DNA of 64,000 nucleotides from positions 469,655 through 533,654 of the forward strand of contig MNCI01000614.1 in NCBI GenBank assembly GCA_015680685.1, given 5' to 3'. The position numbers and the translations under genes are program-made. This DNA is from Gnetum montanum (Eukaryota > Plantae > Gnetophyta). A model generated the notes under the pieces. The model saw only the letters and a list, made by a program, of their open reading frames with translations. It did no database searches and was not told the origin of the DNA. Of the stretch, positions 62,379-64,000 are shown in pieces (position 1 is the first letter of the stretch; every line of letters begins with the position of its first letter).

Positions 62379-63772
62379 TGATGAGGCCTCCTTGATGAGA
62401 AAGTTTGGTATGTTAAGATATGTTAAAGATATATGTTAAGGTATGTTAAAGATATGATATATTCTTGAGGTAATAATAGTTATTATATGATGTCTGCTAG
62501 TATTTGGTCATTATTATCTGTGTAAAAATAGTCTTCATAATTATACTAGAGGCTTAATTGGTATATACAACTAATAATTATTTTTGTTACCAATAGTCTA
62601 TTATACATTATATATATTTTTGGCTACATATCCTTGCTTATGACATGATTCTTGAAGTTTAGTGCTCAACCTTTTGGTTCTAAATGGAAATACTCTTGAA
62701 TAGCAAATTAATCGACTTTGTCAACTTTTTTATATGCCTTTTTGATTTTAACCTACTTTATAAACTAATATGAGTAGCTCTAAATAGGACCTTTTTTCTT
62801 AATAAACCCTCTTGATGAGTTGTTGTTGGTTGGTTGTGTTGACGAGGCCTTGTTGATGAGTCAACCACATCGACGAGGCCTCATCGATGTAGTCAACCAC
62901 ATCGATGAGGCCTCATCAATGCATCTCACCCTGTGTTAATGAGGCCGCATTAACACAATGGCTATCCATTACCTATAAATACATGCCTCTTAGCTACATT
63001 TATGGGGAATCCATATTTTAGTAGTAGCAAATCTCTTGAATTTTTTCAATTTGAAAGCAAGAATATTTTTCCCCAAGTGCCTACAACAGGAGTCATTGAG
63101 TGTACAAATCTTTATTTGAGCATTGTTGTACCTGAGCACAATAATTTGTGCAGTAATAAAGATGAGCATTTTGATAAACCTGTAGCACTTTAGATAAATT
63201 GGCTATTTTATTTATGCATTTAATGTTTTCAATTATTTATTAAATTCTTTCAATTAGTTATCAAATATTTTTTAGTTATTACATTAATGAGAAAATTAAG
63301 CAAGATAGATTACACACATAACTATGATTGCTTCAAGTGTAACACGTATTTGCTTGGTAATCCCAGCAACATTATCACTTAGTACATCTAGTAGCATAGC
63401 GTTTGGTCACCCAGCAATGGATACGTGGGTTTAGGATGTGTATGAAAAGTGGGAATGGATACTTATGTTAGGATTAGTTAAATGATTAGTTAATTTGTAA
63501 TTTAGATTAGTTAATTAAAGTCCTTTTATCTACATTTTGAGCACCAAAATATAAAATACAAAATGATAAAAATTGGATTCCTTAGTTACACTTAGCCATA
63601 CCAACATACATCACAAGTGTAATTAGGAGGATAACAATTGACCTTAAGGCTAGATTCACTTCCTAAAGGGCTAGTGCACTAGAAACAATAAAGTCCATGG
63701 AATTCAACCAAATTATGTGTGAACGCTTGTGATTCATATGGTTGGGCATAGGGGGTACCTCACTGCTCATCA
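62379..63772 (+). repeat. Probable 5' LTR of a different (possibly Athila-like) element G
   Basis: Terminal inverted repeats TGATGAG...CTCATCA, internal GATGAGGCCTCATC palindromes at 62815-62950, TATAAATA at ~62974, and a PBS-like sequence following. Confidence 0.6.
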
Positions 63773-63773
63773 T

Positions 63774-63791
63774 TAGTTCCATTACTAGGGA
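63774..63791 (+). promoter_or_regulatory. PBS-like sequence (tRNA-Glu/Asp type)
   Basis: TAGTTCCATTACTAGGGA differs from TGGTTCCGTTGCCGGG(G)A only by G>A and C>T transitions; it lies 1 nt after the LTR end. Confidence 0.45.
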
Positions 63792-64000
63792 ATTTATTTA
63801 TGGAACATGTGCTATTTAGGTCAAAGTGGATACTACTAATATCGTTGTATGAACCTAAAAGTTAATAACATTTCCACTATACATAAATTATAAAAGCACA
63901 CTAACAATTTCATTTTTTTTCATTTTACAAAATGTCTTCTTCTTATCATAAGCTTGAAGATACTAAACCATCGGTCCCACAGGAATACAAGGTGGTATAC

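Overview
Plant heterochromatin-type window made almost entirely of nested, degenerate Ty3/Gypsy LTR retrotransposons. Most belong to the Tat group (RT-RNaseH-second/archaeal-type RNaseH-integrase, tRNA-Asn-type PBS, LTRs starting TGAAACACC). One element is complete: B, 20531-39229, with ~1.7 kb LTRs and a TCAAC target-site duplication, inserted in the RT of an older copy, C. The integrase of C is also interrupted, by element D (41192-~58490). Element A (left) sits in the gag of a minus-strand element, E. The standout feature: gag-protease and RT-RH-INT are separated by ~6 kb carrying an antisense, TATA-driven, multi-intron gene. Spliced by hand, this gene encodes an FCP1/SCP (NIF, HAD-fold) CTD-phosphatase-like domain with a degenerate catalytic motif, then a Plant Mobile Domain (PMD)-like region, an acidic stretch and a probable coiled-coil tail. 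Exons and intron phases are conserved between B and D, and exon 1 plus its TATA box recur in A and C. In C, a ~4 kb array of ~190-bp units built on a GACTACGCT...AGCGTAGTC palindrome lies just upstream of that promoter; the same motif clusters in the LTR U3 regions. No intact host gene, rRNA, tRNA or CRISPR is visible. All domain calls come from visual motif matching, not database searches.
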